56,772 bases of DNA. Source: an uncultured Bacteroidia bacterium (GTDB lineage: Bacteria; Bacteroidota; Bacteroidia; NS11-12g; UBA9320). The position numbers were made by a program, and so were the translations under genes. The notes under the pieces were generated by a model. That model was not told where the DNA came from. It made no database searches and worked only from the letters and a program-made list of their open reading frames with translations. The stretch covers positions 1-56,772 of the forward strand of contig CAWURO010000019.1 in assembly GCA_963924815.1 (NCBI GenBank), given 5' to 3'. How positions within the stretch are numbered: the first letter of the stretch is position 1; the number at the start of each line of letters is the position of its first letter. Positions 19,620-29,561 of the stretch are shown piece after piece.

Positions 19620-20543
19620 ATGACACGAATTATTTTAGTACAAATAGCTGCATTGTGCACGTTAGTAGGTTTTAGCCAAGATTACATTTTTACTCAAAAA
19701 ACCAATGATCTTAATTCATTTAATCCGTCTCTTGTGGGCACACAAAGTGATATGGGCGTACAACTCAATTACTACAACCAATGGCCCCAATTGGACAACA
19801 ACCCAATATTAATGTCTATGCTTACTAATTATAATCTTAAAAATGGATTAGGAATTGGATTAGCTTATTGTACAGAGTCGTTTGGTTTAACAAAAGAAAA
19901 CAAGGTTAAAACTAATGTAAACTATGCGCTTAACACTGGAGACATAGAACTTAAAGTTGGTACTTCGTTGGGCTTTAATCAACAGAGCTTTGATGTTAAT
20001 CGCATTAATACCCCCGTAGGACCCGATCCACGTTTAACGGGAAATAATACCGGAAGATACTTCACATTAGATGTTGGTGCTGTCGCATATTACCACGGCT
20101 TTGTAGCAGGAGTTTCTTCCTACCAACTTAATAAACCAAGCTATAAAATGTTTAGTTCTACCTACAATGTAAACGCCAGTTACAATGGTTTCGTAGGCTA
20201 TTCCAAAAAATTAAATGACGTACGAATTAGCGGACTAATCGCCTTTCAACAGATATCTAAACTGTCCTCATTAGATTATCACATAAGTGGGCAATATAAG
20301 TTTGTAAAACTAGGATTGGGGCTTCATTCTTATTACGGTGAATACAGAAATACAGATTACATCTCTGGGTCATTAGGTGTGATTTTTGATCAATTTTCAG
20401 TTGCTTATTCGTATGCATCAGATCCTTTTAGTCGACCCAATGATCTCATTGCAAGAGGAACCCATCATGCAACTGTTGCATGGTTTTTCAAAGGACTCAA
20501 AAAAGAAAGCGGCTTAAGTGATTTTGTGAACGGGATGTTATAA
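19620..20543 (+). CDS. PorP/SprF-family T9SS outer-membrane protein (divergent)
   Basis: Signal peptide then Q, NPSLVG, YYNQW, DP in the loop region, YSY and GTH near the C-terminus; alternating beta-strand pattern. Confidence 0.75.
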   Translation: MTRIILVQIAALCTLVGFSQDYIFTQKTNDLNSFNPSLVGTQSDMGVQLNYYNQWPQLDNNPILMSMLTNYNLKNGLGIGLAYCTESFGLTKENKVKTNVNYALNTGDIELKVGTSLGFNQQSFDVNRINTPVGPDPRLTGNNTGRYFTLDVGAVAYYHGFVAGVSSYQLNKPSYKMFSSTYNVNASYNGFVGYSKKLNDVRISGLIAFQQISKLSSLDYHISGQYKFVKLGLGLHSYYGEYRNTDYISGSLGVIFDQFSVAYSYASDPFSRPNDLIARGTHHATVAWFFKGLKKESGLSDFVNGML

Positions 20544-20625
20544 ATATGCTTTGTTAGAAATCGGTTTTGATTAAAATTTAGCTAGTCCAAGCATTGACCA
20601 GCAGAAGTTGGTTGTAACCCAACTA

Positions 20626-21600
20626 TTACAAATCCATTACCACCTTATAAACCGTTTCTCCAACAGCTTTCAGCGTGCTTTTGCTAATGCCGCTCATATT
20701 GTCGTCATGTGTGTGCCAAAAGTCACCAAAACCGCTGCCAGATGGCTCGTAATGAATAATATCTAACGTCGGGATGCCTCTTATCTTGTTAATATACAAG
20801 TGATCGTCTATTAACTGACCTCCTTGATTATACACAAAGTGCTTGCTGTAACCTAAACTATTCGCTGTTTGCCATACCTGATTTACATAGGGTTGAGCAA
20901 ACAGCCACGAATTACCTTCTATGGCAAAGGTGGCATTTTCTGCTCCTACCATGTCGAGTAATATACCAAAGCGAGCCACATAGTTTGGTTTGTGGGGTGT
21001 CTTGGCCCAATATTGAGAACCCAAGCACCAGGTAGTTGCTTCACCTCTGCTATCTCCCATGTCTTCTGCATCAAAGAAAATAATATCTACACCCGCATCG
21101 GGTTGCTGAACTTGCAATTGACGAGCAACCTCTAACAATACACCTACTCCACTCGCTCCATCATTAGCACCGTCGGCCGGCGTAGTTGGATTTTTAGCAT
21201 CCTGATCTGCCATAGGGCGTGTATCCCAATGGGCGCATAGCAAAATACGTTTTGGTTTTTTAGGGCCAAAAGAACCTATAATATTGTTAATCGCTACGTT
21301 TTGACCTTTTGAACCCTTCATAGACCCATACTGAGTGAAAGCGGTGTCACAAAATTGGGCAAGTTTTTCTTCTAAATACCTTGCCGTGTTGCCATGTGCA
21401 GCAGAACCAGGAACTCTCGGTCCAAAATCAACTTGCTCTTGCACATATTGGTATGCACTATCTGCATCAAATCGAACAGTGAAAGGCGTTTTAGCTTCTG
21501 TTTTAATTTGCTCTGAGCGGCTTTCCTTTGGTCGGTCTTTGCAGCCCACTAAGGTTAAAAGTATAAAGCTAAAGGCTAAAAGTATCTTGATTAATTTCAT
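20626..21600 (-). CDS. M28-fold lipoprotein, probable type II glutaminyl cyclase
   Basis: Lipobox LVGC; motifs AHWDTR, GANDGASGV, FFDAED, LDMVG, DDH and WHTHDD. Confidence 0.8.
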   Translation of the reverse strand: MKLIKILLAFSFILLTLVGCKDRPKESRSEQIKTEAKTPFTVRFDADSAYQYVQEQVDFGPRVPGSAAHGNTARYLEEKLAQFCDTAFTQYGSMKGSKGQNVAINNIIGSFGPKKPKRILLCAHWDTRPMADQDAKNPTTPADGANDGASGVGVLLEVARQLQVQQPDAGVDIIFFDAEDMGDSRGEATTWCLGSQYWAKTPHKPNYVARFGILLDMVGAENATFAIEGNSWLFAQPYVNQVWQTANSLGYSKHFVYNQGGQLIDDHLYINKIRGIPTLDIIHYEPSGSGFGDFWHTHDDNMSGISKSTLKAVGETVYKVVMDL

Positions 21601-23072
21601 TAGTTCAGTTTATACGTGCTACCATCTTTACTATCCATCACTTCAACACCTGCCTCTTTTAGTCCGTCGCGAATTTTGTCGGCTGTAGGCCAGTCTTTAT
21701 TTTCTTTAGCCGATTTACGGATATCAAGAACCAGCTTCATAACGCTATCAAGAGCTTCATTATTTCCGGCATCTTCAGAGACCAGTCCAAGCACACCAAA
21801 CGTGAATATATGAAAAGTCTCATGAAGAATAGCTTTGTCTTTTGCTGAAATCGTTAGTTTCTGAGCGTCTATTTCGTTGATCCATTTGGCCGCTTCAAAT
21901 AACGTAGCAATAACCTGTGGTGTAGCCATGTCATTATTTATTTGTTCGTAGAGTTTGTCTTTCCAAGCTGACACATTCATATCGCTGGCATCTGCGGTTG
22001 GTAAAGATTCCGATTTTGCAGCGGCATTCATCATTCGCTGAAAACCTTTTTCGGCCGCTTGTAAAGCTTCGCTGCTAAAATCAAGTGTACTTCTGTAATG
22101 CGCCTGTAGCAAAAAGAACCGTAAGGTCATCGGACTGTATGCTTGATCTAGCAGATGGTGATTCCCGCTAAAAAGCTCTTCTATTAACACGCCATTGTTC
22201 AGGCTTTTTGCCATTTTTTGACCGTTAATAGTTATCATGTTGTTATGTATCCAATAACTAGGAGTACTGCACCCACAGGCTGTTGTTTGTGCTATCTCAC
22301 TTTCGTGATGAGGAAATAATAAGTCCATTCCACCAGCATGTATATCAAACTGTTTACCTAAATACTTCTCGCTCATTGCAGAGCACTCAATGTGCCATCC
22401 AGGGAAACCTTCACTCCACGGACTGTTCCATTTCATGATATGCTCTTTACTTGCTTTTTTCCAAAGCGCAAAGTCATTTGGATTTTTCTTTTCTTCTTGA
22501 CCTTCTAAGGTTCTTCTTTCTTCGCCAGCACCCGCTATTAGGTCTTCTAGTTTGCGTCCGCTTAACTTACCGTAGTCGTTTGTTTCTGCATATTTCAATA
22601 CATCAAAATATACAGAACCATTGCTCTCATAGGCAAAACCGTTTTTTATGATTTCCTGTATCATTTCTATTTGCTCTAAGATATGACCGCTCGCTCTAGG
22701 CTCTATGCTAGGAGGCAATACATTCATTTGTTGCAATACACGGTGATACGCATTCGTATACTGCTGAGCCACTTCCATAGGCTCTACATGATTAGCCTTC
22801 GCTATTTTACCTATTTTATCTTCGCCTTCATCCGCATCATTAAGTAAGTGACCTACGTCTGTAATATTACGAACGTAGCGCACTTTAAAATTCAAATGTG
22901 TGAGGTATCGAAAAAGCACATCCATCATAATAGCACCACGACTATGACCTAAGTGTGGATCGCCATACACCGTAGGACCACATAAATACATCCCCACGAA
23001 AGGAGTGTTTATAGGCTTAAATTCTTCGGCCTGATTGGTGAGTGAATTGTATAAATGGAGTCTAGAAGACAT
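21600..23072 (-). CDS. cysS: Cysteine--tRNA ligase
   Basis: Motifs CGPTVY, HLGH, NITDVG, DFALWK, GWHIECSAM, FPHHE and KMAKS. Confidence 0.97.
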   Translation of the reverse strand: MSSRLHLYNSLTNQAEEFKPINTPFVGMYLCGPTVYGDPHLGHSRGAIMMDVLFRYLTHLNFKVRYVRNITDVGHLLNDADEGEDKIGKIAKANHVEPMEVAQQYTNAYHRVLQQMNVLPPSIEPRASGHILEQIEMIQEIIKNGFAYESNGSVYFDVLKYAETNDYGKLSGRKLEDLIAGAGEERRTLEGQEEKKNPNDFALWKKASKEHIMKWNSPWSEGFPGWHIECSAMSEKYLGKQFDIHAGGMDLLFPHHESEIAQTTACGCSTPSYWIHNNMITINGQKMAKSLNNGVLIEELFSGNHHLLDQAYSPMTLRFFLLQAHYRSTLDFSSEALQAAEKGFQRMMNAAAKSESLPTADASDMNVSAWKDKLYEQINNDMATPQVIATLFEAAKWINEIDAQKLTISAKDKAILHETFHIFTFGVLGLVSEDAGNNEALDSVMKLVLDIRKSAKENKDWPTADKIRDGLKEAGVEVMDSKDGSTYKLN

Positions 23073-23146
23073 GTGGCAAATATAGTGGGTGAATAGCTAA
23101 AATTCAGAATGATGTATCTGGATGTAACCGAATTGTAATTGTTAGA

Positions 23147-23719
23147 TTAAAACTGCATAGTAACCTTGTTCCTCCAATCTCCTCTCTGGCCCTTAGGTAA
23201 TGTTTGGTTTTGAGCAATCGTTCCAATATAAAAAAGTCCTAAACATCGTTCATTTTCTTCTAAATTTAAGTATTTTTTGAGGTGGTTTCCCATTGCATAA
23301 CTGGGTGTGCTCCAATAGCCGCCATATTTCTCTGTACTAGCGAGATACAGCCACATATTTTGCACGGCCATAGCCGTCGCTGCTATTTCTTCAAATTCAG
23401 GGACTATGTCATTTCGCTTCATGCAGATCGCCACGATACGGCTTACCTGCGTTTTGCTTTGCTCAATTTTTTCTACTTTCATACTATTAAACGTATGCGA
23501 AGGGGTCTCTTTTACGTAGCACTCTTTGCAATAATCCAAAAGTGCAGTCATAGCCTTCCCGCCATACACCTTAAACCGCCATGGCTCCGTATTGCGATGA
23601 GTAGGTGCCCAGTTGGCCAGTTCTAGCATTTTTTCAATCACCCCGTTTGGTACCATTTCACCGCTCATTTGCTTGGGAAACAAGGATCTACGAGTCTGTA
23701 TAGTTTCTTCTAATTTCAT
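23147..23719 (-). CDS. Nitroreductase family protein (YdjA-like)
   Basis: Motifs IQTRRS, ANWAPTH..TEPWRF and AVQNMWL. Confidence 0.88.
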   Translation of the reverse strand: MKLEETIQTRRSLFPKQMSGEMVPNGVIEKMLELANWAPTHRNTEPWRFKVYGGKAMTALLDYCKECYVKETPSHTFNSMKVEKIEQSKTQVSRIVAICMKRNDIVPEFEEIAATAMAVQNMWLYLASTEKYGGYWSTPSYAMGNHLKKYLNLEENERCLGLFYIGTIAQNQTLPKGQRGDWRNKVTMQF

Positions 23720-23791
23720 TATAGTTAAACAAATTTATATTTTAAGCTTAGTATGTATAACTTTGACCTCAACAAATAAAAAATAAATATT

Positions 23792-24394
23792 ATGTCATTT
23801 GAATTACCACAATTACCCTACGCTTACGACGCGTTAGAACCAAATGTAGATGCTCGCACAATGGAAATCCACCATAGCAAACACCATGCTGGATATACCA
23901 CCAATTTAAATAATGCCATCGCAGGAACTGCGTTAGAAGGTAAAAGTATTGATGAACTTTTAACAAGCTTAGATATGGCCAATAATCCTCTGAGAAATAA
24001 TGGTGGTGGGTTTTATAATCACAATCAATTTTGGACTGCAATGAGCCCAAACGGTGGAGGATCTCCAAGTGGGGCTTTAGCCAATGCTATTGATGCTTCT
24101 TTTGGAAGTTTTGATGCATTCAAAGAAGAATTTAGCAAAGCTGCTGCCACTCGATTTGGTTCTGGATGGGCTTGGTTATGTGTTAAAGATGGTAAGCTAG
24201 AAGTTTGTTCTACGGCCAATCAAGATAACCCGATTATGCCAGGAATAGGTTGCGGCGGAACCCCAATCTTAGGTTTAGATGTGTGGGAACACGCTTACTA
24301 CTTAAACTACCAAAATAGAAGGCCAGATTATGTTGCTGCATTTTTTAATGTGCTAAACTGGGACGAAATTTCTGCTCGTTTTGCGGCGGTATAA
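23792..24394 (+). CDS. sodA: Superoxide dismutase, Mn-type signature
   Basis: Motifs HHSKHH, NNGGG..NH, FGSGW, NQDNP and DVWEHAYY. Promoter TAACTTTG at 23758-23765. Confidence 0.93.
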   Translation: MSFELPQLPYAYDALEPNVDARTMEIHHSKHHAGYTTNLNNAIAGTALEGKSIDELLTSLDMANNPLRNNGGGFYNHNQFWTAMSPNGGGSPSGALANAIDASFGSFDAFKEEFSKAAATRFGSGWAWLCVKDGKLEVCSTANQDNPIMPGIGCGGTPILGLDVWEHAYYLNYQNRRPDYVAAFFNVLNWDEISARFAAV

Positions 24395-24417
24395 CGGTTA
24401 ACTTTTACAAAATACAG

Positions 24418-24448
24418 AAGAGCCTTGAACGAAAGTTCAAAGCTCTTT
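24418..24448 (+). terminator. Intrinsic terminator after sod
   Basis: AAGAGCCTTGAAC-GAAA-GTTCAAAGCTCTT followed by a T-rich tract. Confidence 0.75.
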
Positions 24449-24482
24449 GCTTTTATAGCCCATCTAGATTTACTTTTGTATT

Positions 24483-24977
24483 ATGAATTTAATAAAATGG
24501 TTCGGCTATCTTGCTCTATGTGCAGCCTTTATTTGGTTTGTGTTTTTTAAGCCGTTGCACATTAATTCGGCAGAAACTGTTTTACACGATTCTGAGAATA
24601 TTGAAGAAATTCCTGCTGAAAATTCTTTAATTACAGTGAATGATACTTTTAAAGAGACTCCTCTTGAGGATGTAACTTCGGATATGCCTGAAGAGCAGCC
24701 AAGCGAGCCAATTAAAGAAGAAATAAAAACTGAAAACAGCAACAGTATAAATGTGAATGCTAAATACCTTGTTGTGGTTGGCAGTTTTAGTGTAAAGGCA
24801 AACGCCGATCGGTTCCTTGCTAAGATAAAGAGAAATGGGAAGGATGTTGTGGTTACTAGAATTAGAGGGCTACACCGAGTTGTAGCAGCCTCTTCTGATA
24901 ATGAACTTAATGCCCAAAACCTACGCAATCTATATGCGCAATCTATAGAAGAAAAAGCCTTTGTGCTAGAGCGATAG
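24483..24977 (+). CDS. SPOR-domain membrane-anchored protein
   Basis: N-terminal TM helix, acidic linker, and YLVVVGSFSVKANA SPOR signature. Confidence 0.8.
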   Translation: MNLIKWFGYLALCAAFIWFVFFKPLHINSAETVLHDSENIEEIPAENSLITVNDTFKETPLEDVTSDMPEEQPSEPIKEEIKTENSNSINVNAKYLVVVGSFSVKANADRFLAKIKRNGKDVVVTRIRGLHRVVAASSDNELNAQNLRNLYAQSIEEKAFVLER

Positions 24978-24983
24978 TCTTCT

Positions 24984-26639
24984 TTAAAATTGAGATGTAA
25001 TTGTAAATCGCAAACCACTAAAAGCAGGTTCAAGCCTACAAATACCACCAGTACACACAACTCCCTCAACTTGTTTTATATATGCGGCCGTAAATGAGGT
25101 TGTTTTTACATTATACTTCGCAAAAAAACTTGGATAATGAAGTGTTTGGTCGGGTAATGTTGTGTTTACAATACGTACAGGGTTTGTATTGATCATATCG
25201 CTAATAGCTATACTAAACTTAGGAGAGCTATTCCACTCTAATATGCCATGGTAAAAACTGCCTAAATCTCCATCTGTATTTAACATCTGAGATTCTAGCC
25301 TAAAACTATTTTTACGATTTGCTTTGTAGGTTACTTCCATAAATGGCGTAAACGTTATAACATCTGCTGTTTTCTTCTTGTCCTTGCCTTGATAGACGGC
25401 TAAGTTATAGTCTATCATTTGCAATCCTATTTTACCTTTCCACTTATGGTTTATTTTGTGTTCTAGCTGGGCGTATTGTTCTGTAAATAGGTGCTCTCCA
25501 TTCAAATCATTTATGTTAGAATAGTTAAGCGTTAGATTTGTTCCTTTGTTAAACGAGTATATAACCTCAGCTTGAATTGCTTGCTCACCAGTGGGCTGCG
25601 ATGGAGCTTGGTAACGAGCCAATAATCTGTAACTTGCTTGTCTACTCGCAGATGGCATGTAGGTTATTAAACCCTCGTTTAGTAAAAGATTGGCATAGGG
25701 CGTAGATAGCATATTGAAGTTCTCAATACGTCGGTACTGTACATTTGCTCCTATTCCTGCTTTTTTAGACTTTCCCAACTTACCTTTAGAATAGTTTATT
25801 CCACCTTGCACCATAGATCCGTTACTTCCATAAAATTTTCCGTTAAGATCCCTTAACGCCTCTTGTGTTTTATAATTATACTCGCCATTAAAACCAAAGT
25901 CTTTATAACTAGCATTCACATATCCATTTAATGCATACACGTTGTATTTGGGATAAAATCTATTTTCAAGTGGCAAATTGTTTATGGAGGTAACCAATTG
26001 AGTCATAGTGTTGTCGTCTAGTGTTCTATTGACAGCAGATACGCCAGTATTGATGACCATTCCTTCTTCGAAAGAGAAACCCTTCTCCACATTTACCCCT
26101 TTTATAGTTTGTGAAGAGCCGCCAAATCTATTTTGTTGGGTACCTTTTTGATTACCTGTAAATGCTTTAATAAAAAAGTTGTCCGATATATTATATTTCA
26201 AACGAACCCCTTGCACAGCATAATCAAGACCAATTAATCGGTTTTCATATGCCCTAAAAACAGCTCCAGAACCGAATTGGTCATAAAAAGATCCTACGGT
26301 AATATCCAAATCGCCCACGCTCTTGCTTATTTCCCAATAACCCAGCCCGTGGCCCGAAAATACTCCCGAGGGGTTTAGTAAATTACTATTGTTAAACAAA
26401 TCATACCGAGCTGAAAAATGAAACCCTTTTATATCGTAATTTAAAAATAACCATGTCTCTGCGGTACTAATTTGCTTTCCGTATTGAGGAGAAGCAGACT
26501 CCACGGCGCCTATTAATGAATCTTTTAAAAACACCGAATAATTAGACTGCAAATTTCCGCTAAATACGCCCTTATCCTGAGCCAATGAGGCGGTTGAAAC
26601 GATTGAGAAAGCTAAAACTAAAGAAATGTATTTGTTCAT
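24984..26639 (-). CDS. DUF6029-family outer-membrane beta-barrel protein
   Basis: Signal peptide, GSFYDQFGSG and C-terminal GVVCTGGICRLEPAFSG...F. Start moved to MNKYI at 26639. Confidence 0.75.
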   Translation of the reverse strand: MNKYISLVLAFSIVSTASLAQDKGVFSGNLQSNYSVFLKDSLIGAVESASPQYGKQISTAETWLFLNYDIKGFHFSARYDLFNNSNLLNPSGVFSGHGLGYWEISKSVGDLDITVGSFYDQFGSGAVFRAYENRLIGLDYAVQGVRLKYNISDNFFIKAFTGNQKGTQQNRFGGSSQTIKGVNVEKGFSFEEGMVINTGVSAVNRTLDDNTMTQLVTSINNLPLENRFYPKYNVYALNGYVNASYKDFGFNGEYNYKTQEALRDLNGKFYGSNGSMVQGGINYSKGKLGKSKKAGIGANVQYRRIENFNMLSTPYANLLLNEGLITYMPSASRQASYRLLARYQAPSQPTGEQAIQAEVIYSFNKGTNLTLNYSNINDLNGEHLFTEQYAQLEHKINHKWKGKIGLQMIDYNLAVYQGKDKKKTADVITFTPFMEVTYKANRKNSFRLESQMLNTDGDLGSFYHGILEWNSSPKFSIAISDMINTNPVRIVNTTLPDQTLHYPSFFAKYNVKTTSFTAAYIKQVEGVVCTGGICRLEPAFSGLRFTITSQF

Positions 26640-26698
26640 TATCGGCTGTAAAAGTAAATAATTATAAAAATACACGGTATTTTACTTTTTTTTGAAGG

Positions 26699-27508
26699 GT
26701 GAATGTAGCTCAGTTAGTTTCCGAAATAAAATCTAAAAAAAGTTATTTGTGTGTGGGTTTAGATACCGACATAACCAAACTTCCATTAGGAATATCAAAG
26801 GATACAGAAGGTATTCTTCAGTTTAATAAAGAGATAATAAATGCGACAAAAGACTTTGCTGTTTCGTATAAAATAAATACTGCTTTTTACGAACAGTTAG
26901 GTAGCAAGGGGTGGGAAATTATAGAAAAAACAAGAGAAATGATTCCCAGCAACACACTAAGTATTGCAGATGCTAAGCGAGGGGACATTGGCAACACTAG
27001 CGCTATGTATGCTAAAGCCTTTTTTGAAACTATGGACTTTGATGCACTCACCGTAGCCCCGTATATGGGTTATGATAGCGTAGAACCTTTTCTGAAATTT
27101 AATAACAAAATAACGATAGTGCTTGGACTTACATCCAATAAGGGCAGTGCCGATTTTCAAACAAATCCGATCTATAATCCGCCCTTATATAAAACAGTAT
27201 TAGAGCGTATATCCCAATGGGGTACACCCGAAAACCTTATGTTTGTAATAGGTGCAACCAAAGCAGAAGCGCTTGTTGAGATACGTAAAATTGTCCCTGA
27301 TCATTTCCTACTTATTCCGGGCGTTGGTGCGCAAGGAGGAAATGCAAACGAGGTGTGTAGAAACGGAAAAAATAATCTTGGAGGTTTGCTGATTAACTCT
27401 TCTAGGGGTATTATCTATGCATCTAGCGGCAGAGATTTTGCGGAAGCCGCAAGAGCGGAGGCTAAAAAACTAGCCTTAGAAACTCAACCACACACCGAGC
27501 ATTTATGA
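26699..27508 (+). CDS. pyrF: Orotidine-5'-phosphate decarboxylase
   Basis: Motifs LCVGLD, YKINTAFYE, DAKRGDIGNT, PGVGAQGG and NSSRGI. Confidence 0.96.
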   Translation: MNVAQLVSEIKSKKSYLCVGLDTDITKLPLGISKDTEGILQFNKEIINATKDFAVSYKINTAFYEQLGSKGWEIIEKTREMIPSNTLSIADAKRGDIGNTSAMYAKAFFETMDFDALTVAPYMGYDSVEPFLKFNNKITIVLGLTSNKGSADFQTNPIYNPPLYKTVLERISQWGTPENLMFVIGATKAEALVEIRKIVPDHFLLIPGVGAQGGNANEVCRNGKNNLGGLLINSSRGIIYASSGRDFAEAARAEAKKLALETQPHTEHL

Positions 27509-28782
27509 GTTTTGGGTACAATGAAGATTTACTCCAGTTTATATGGGGAAATCAATTGTACGACCAGAATAACCTTCACACAGAAGAAGGGCAAAAAGTC
27601 TCCATCATAAAACAAGGTTTCCTAAACACAAATAGTGGTCCTGATTTTGAGCAAGCTCAAGTAAAAATAGGAAACACCCTACATCACGGTTCTATTGAAA
27701 TACACATAGACAGTAAAGATTGGCATCAACATAATCATCAAAAAGACGCAGGTTACAATACTGTTATTTTACACGTTTGCCATACACACAGCAAACCAGC
27801 GTACCGACAAGATGGTACGATTATACCAACACTTGTTATTGGCGAGCGCATTGAAAAAAAATCTTTAGAAAAATATCATCTATTGATGGCTTCAAAGCCA
27901 TTTATACCATGCGAAAATCAGCTTTTCCTATTGTCTTCATTTGATATAAACAGTTGGCTAGACAGGATGCTAATCGAACGATTACAAAGTCGATTTGACT
28001 TGTTTACTGGTTATCTTCAACTTTATAATCAAAACTGGAATCAGTCGTTTTACACCGCTATTGTGAGATCGTTTGGTTTGTCTGTAAATACACAAAGTTT
28101 TGAAGAGTTGGCGCAGAAACTTCCCTTTGAATTAGTTCAAAAACACAAACAGTCTTTGTTTCAGTTAGAGGCTCTTTTCTTTGGGGTGTCTGGTCTCTTG
28201 TCAGAAACTCAGGGCGACAACTATTATACGGGATTACAAAACGAGTTTTTGTTTCTTAAATCAAAGTACAACTTAGCGGAAATCAGTTCTAAGCTAAAAA
28301 TGGGAAAAATGAGGCCAATGAATTTACCCCATGTAAAAATCGCTCAACTTGCTGCATTCTTTCATCATGTACCAGATTTTATAAACCTTGTGTTGGACCT
28401 GCCTGAAGTTAATACAGTAAAACCTCTTTTAAGTTTTTCGTTATCTGATTATTGGCAAAAGCATTATACGTTTAAGACTCTGTCTAAGCATTCAAGTAAA
28501 AAAATATCGACCGCATTTCTTAATAACCTCTTTATCAATGCAATTGTACCTTTTGTTTTTTTCTATCAAAAAACGAAAAACGAAAACGAATCTTCGGTTG
28601 CTCTGGATTACCTGGAATCTATTCCAATTGAGAAAAATTCCATTATAGAGAGTTGGAAATCAATCATCGTAATTGGCAATAAGGCATCAAGTAGTCAAGC
28701 ATTGTTACATTTGTATAAAAATTACTGTCAGCCAAAGAAATGCTTACAATGCAATTTAGGCAAAAAATTACTTTTAAAATAG
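27505..28782 (+). CDS. DUF2851-family protein
   Basis: Motifs EDLLQFIW, GPDF, EIH...W..H.H, VILHV, RPMNLP and C-terminal YC..KKCLQC. Confidence 0.85.
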   Translation: MSFGYNEDLLQFIWGNQLYDQNNLHTEEGQKVSIIKQGFLNTNSGPDFEQAQVKIGNTLHHGSIEIHIDSKDWHQHNHQKDAGYNTVILHVCHTHSKPAYRQDGTIIPTLVIGERIEKKSLEKYHLLMASKPFIPCENQLFLLSSFDINSWLDRMLIERLQSRFDLFTGYLQLYNQNWNQSFYTAIVRSFGLSVNTQSFEELAQKLPFELVQKHKQSLFQLEALFFGVSGLLSETQGDNYYTGLQNEFLFLKSKYNLAEISSKLKMGKMRPMNLPHVKIAQLAAFFHHVPDFINLVLDLPEVNTVKPLLSFSLSDYWQKHYTFKTLSKHSSKKISTAFLNNLFINAIVPFVFFYQKTKNENESSVALDYLESIPIEKNSIIESWKSIIVIGNKASSSQALLHLYKNYCQPKKCLQCNLGKKLLLK

Positions 28783-28783
28783 G

Positions 28784-29002
28784 ATGCAACAAATTAGACA
28801 AAATATCGAAAACTACGCTTTTGGCGTCTGCACGTACCTTGGATCCAAGTTAAATGTTAGCACTGCTACAATTCGTTTGTACTTTATTTATGTATCCTTT
28901 CTGACTTTTGGAAGTCCTGTAATAATATACTTAACCCTTGCCTTTTGGCTTAAATTTAGACATTACATTATGGCCAGAAGACATTCTGTTTGGGACTTAT
29001 AA
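28784..29002 (+). CDS. PspC-domain small membrane protein
   Basis: FGVC..LG, IRLYFIYVSF and GSPVIIYL. Confidence 0.85.
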   Translation: MQQIRQNIENYAFGVCTYLGSKLNVSTATIRLYFIYVSFLTFGSPVIIYLTLAFWLKFRHYIMARRHSVWDL

Positions 29003-29084
29003 TTCTTATAAGTGTACATAATCCTAAACACCATTAATCTTTAGCGTTAATAAACGTTTACATTGGGCTACCTACTTTTGACAT

Positions 29085-29540
29085 ATGCAACAAGAGATAG
29101 CCTTATTCCGAACCACAAAAGGGTTTCAACAAAACCACAAAACATCAGAACTTAAATGCAAATGCTGTAAAAGTCATTTTTTGGCAAACAGAAAAACAGC
29201 ACAATTTTGTAGCAGTTCTTGTCGATCTAATTTTTGGATGACCAAAAACCAAAAGAAAGTAATCACTATTGCAGTTCCTATAGATATAGATGAATCATAT
29301 CTGGAAAAGATTAAAAACATGTTAATCAATTACAAAACGAATAACATTGTAGAAAACGCTGCTCCGGTAATCAGAAGACATGAAGAAAAATTTAATTCCG
29401 AAAAAGACCTTCGAGAATTTATGAAAAATTCTGGTTTCCCTGATTACAAAATTCCAAAACACGATTTGGGTATATACTATGACGATGGACTTAGCATAAC
29501 CAAGTTTGAAGACGGATGGCAAGTAAAAATCGCAATGTAA
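29085..29540 (+). CDS. Hypothetical protein with an N-terminal treble-clef-like Zn finger
   Basis: CKCC..F...R..AQFCSSSCR. Own TACTTTTG box 4 nt upstream, and an 8 bp hairpin over the stop (29529-29547). Confidence 0.65.
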   Translation: MQQEIALFRTTKGFQQNHKTSELKCKCCKSHFLANRKTAQFCSSSCRSNFWMTKNQKKVITIAVPIDIDESYLEKIKNMLINYKTNNIVENAAPVIRRHEEKFNSEKDLREFMKNSGFPDYKIPKHDLGIYYDDGLSITKFEDGWQVKIAM

Positions 29541-29561
29541 TTGCGATACCTTAGCTAGAAT

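Noticed and set aside
19490-20570. attC-like ends (GCATAAC at ~19491, GTTAGAA at ~20553) flanking the porP gene
   Set aside because: The half-sites are in the wrong order for a gene cassette, are about 1 kb apart, and are not complementary enough.
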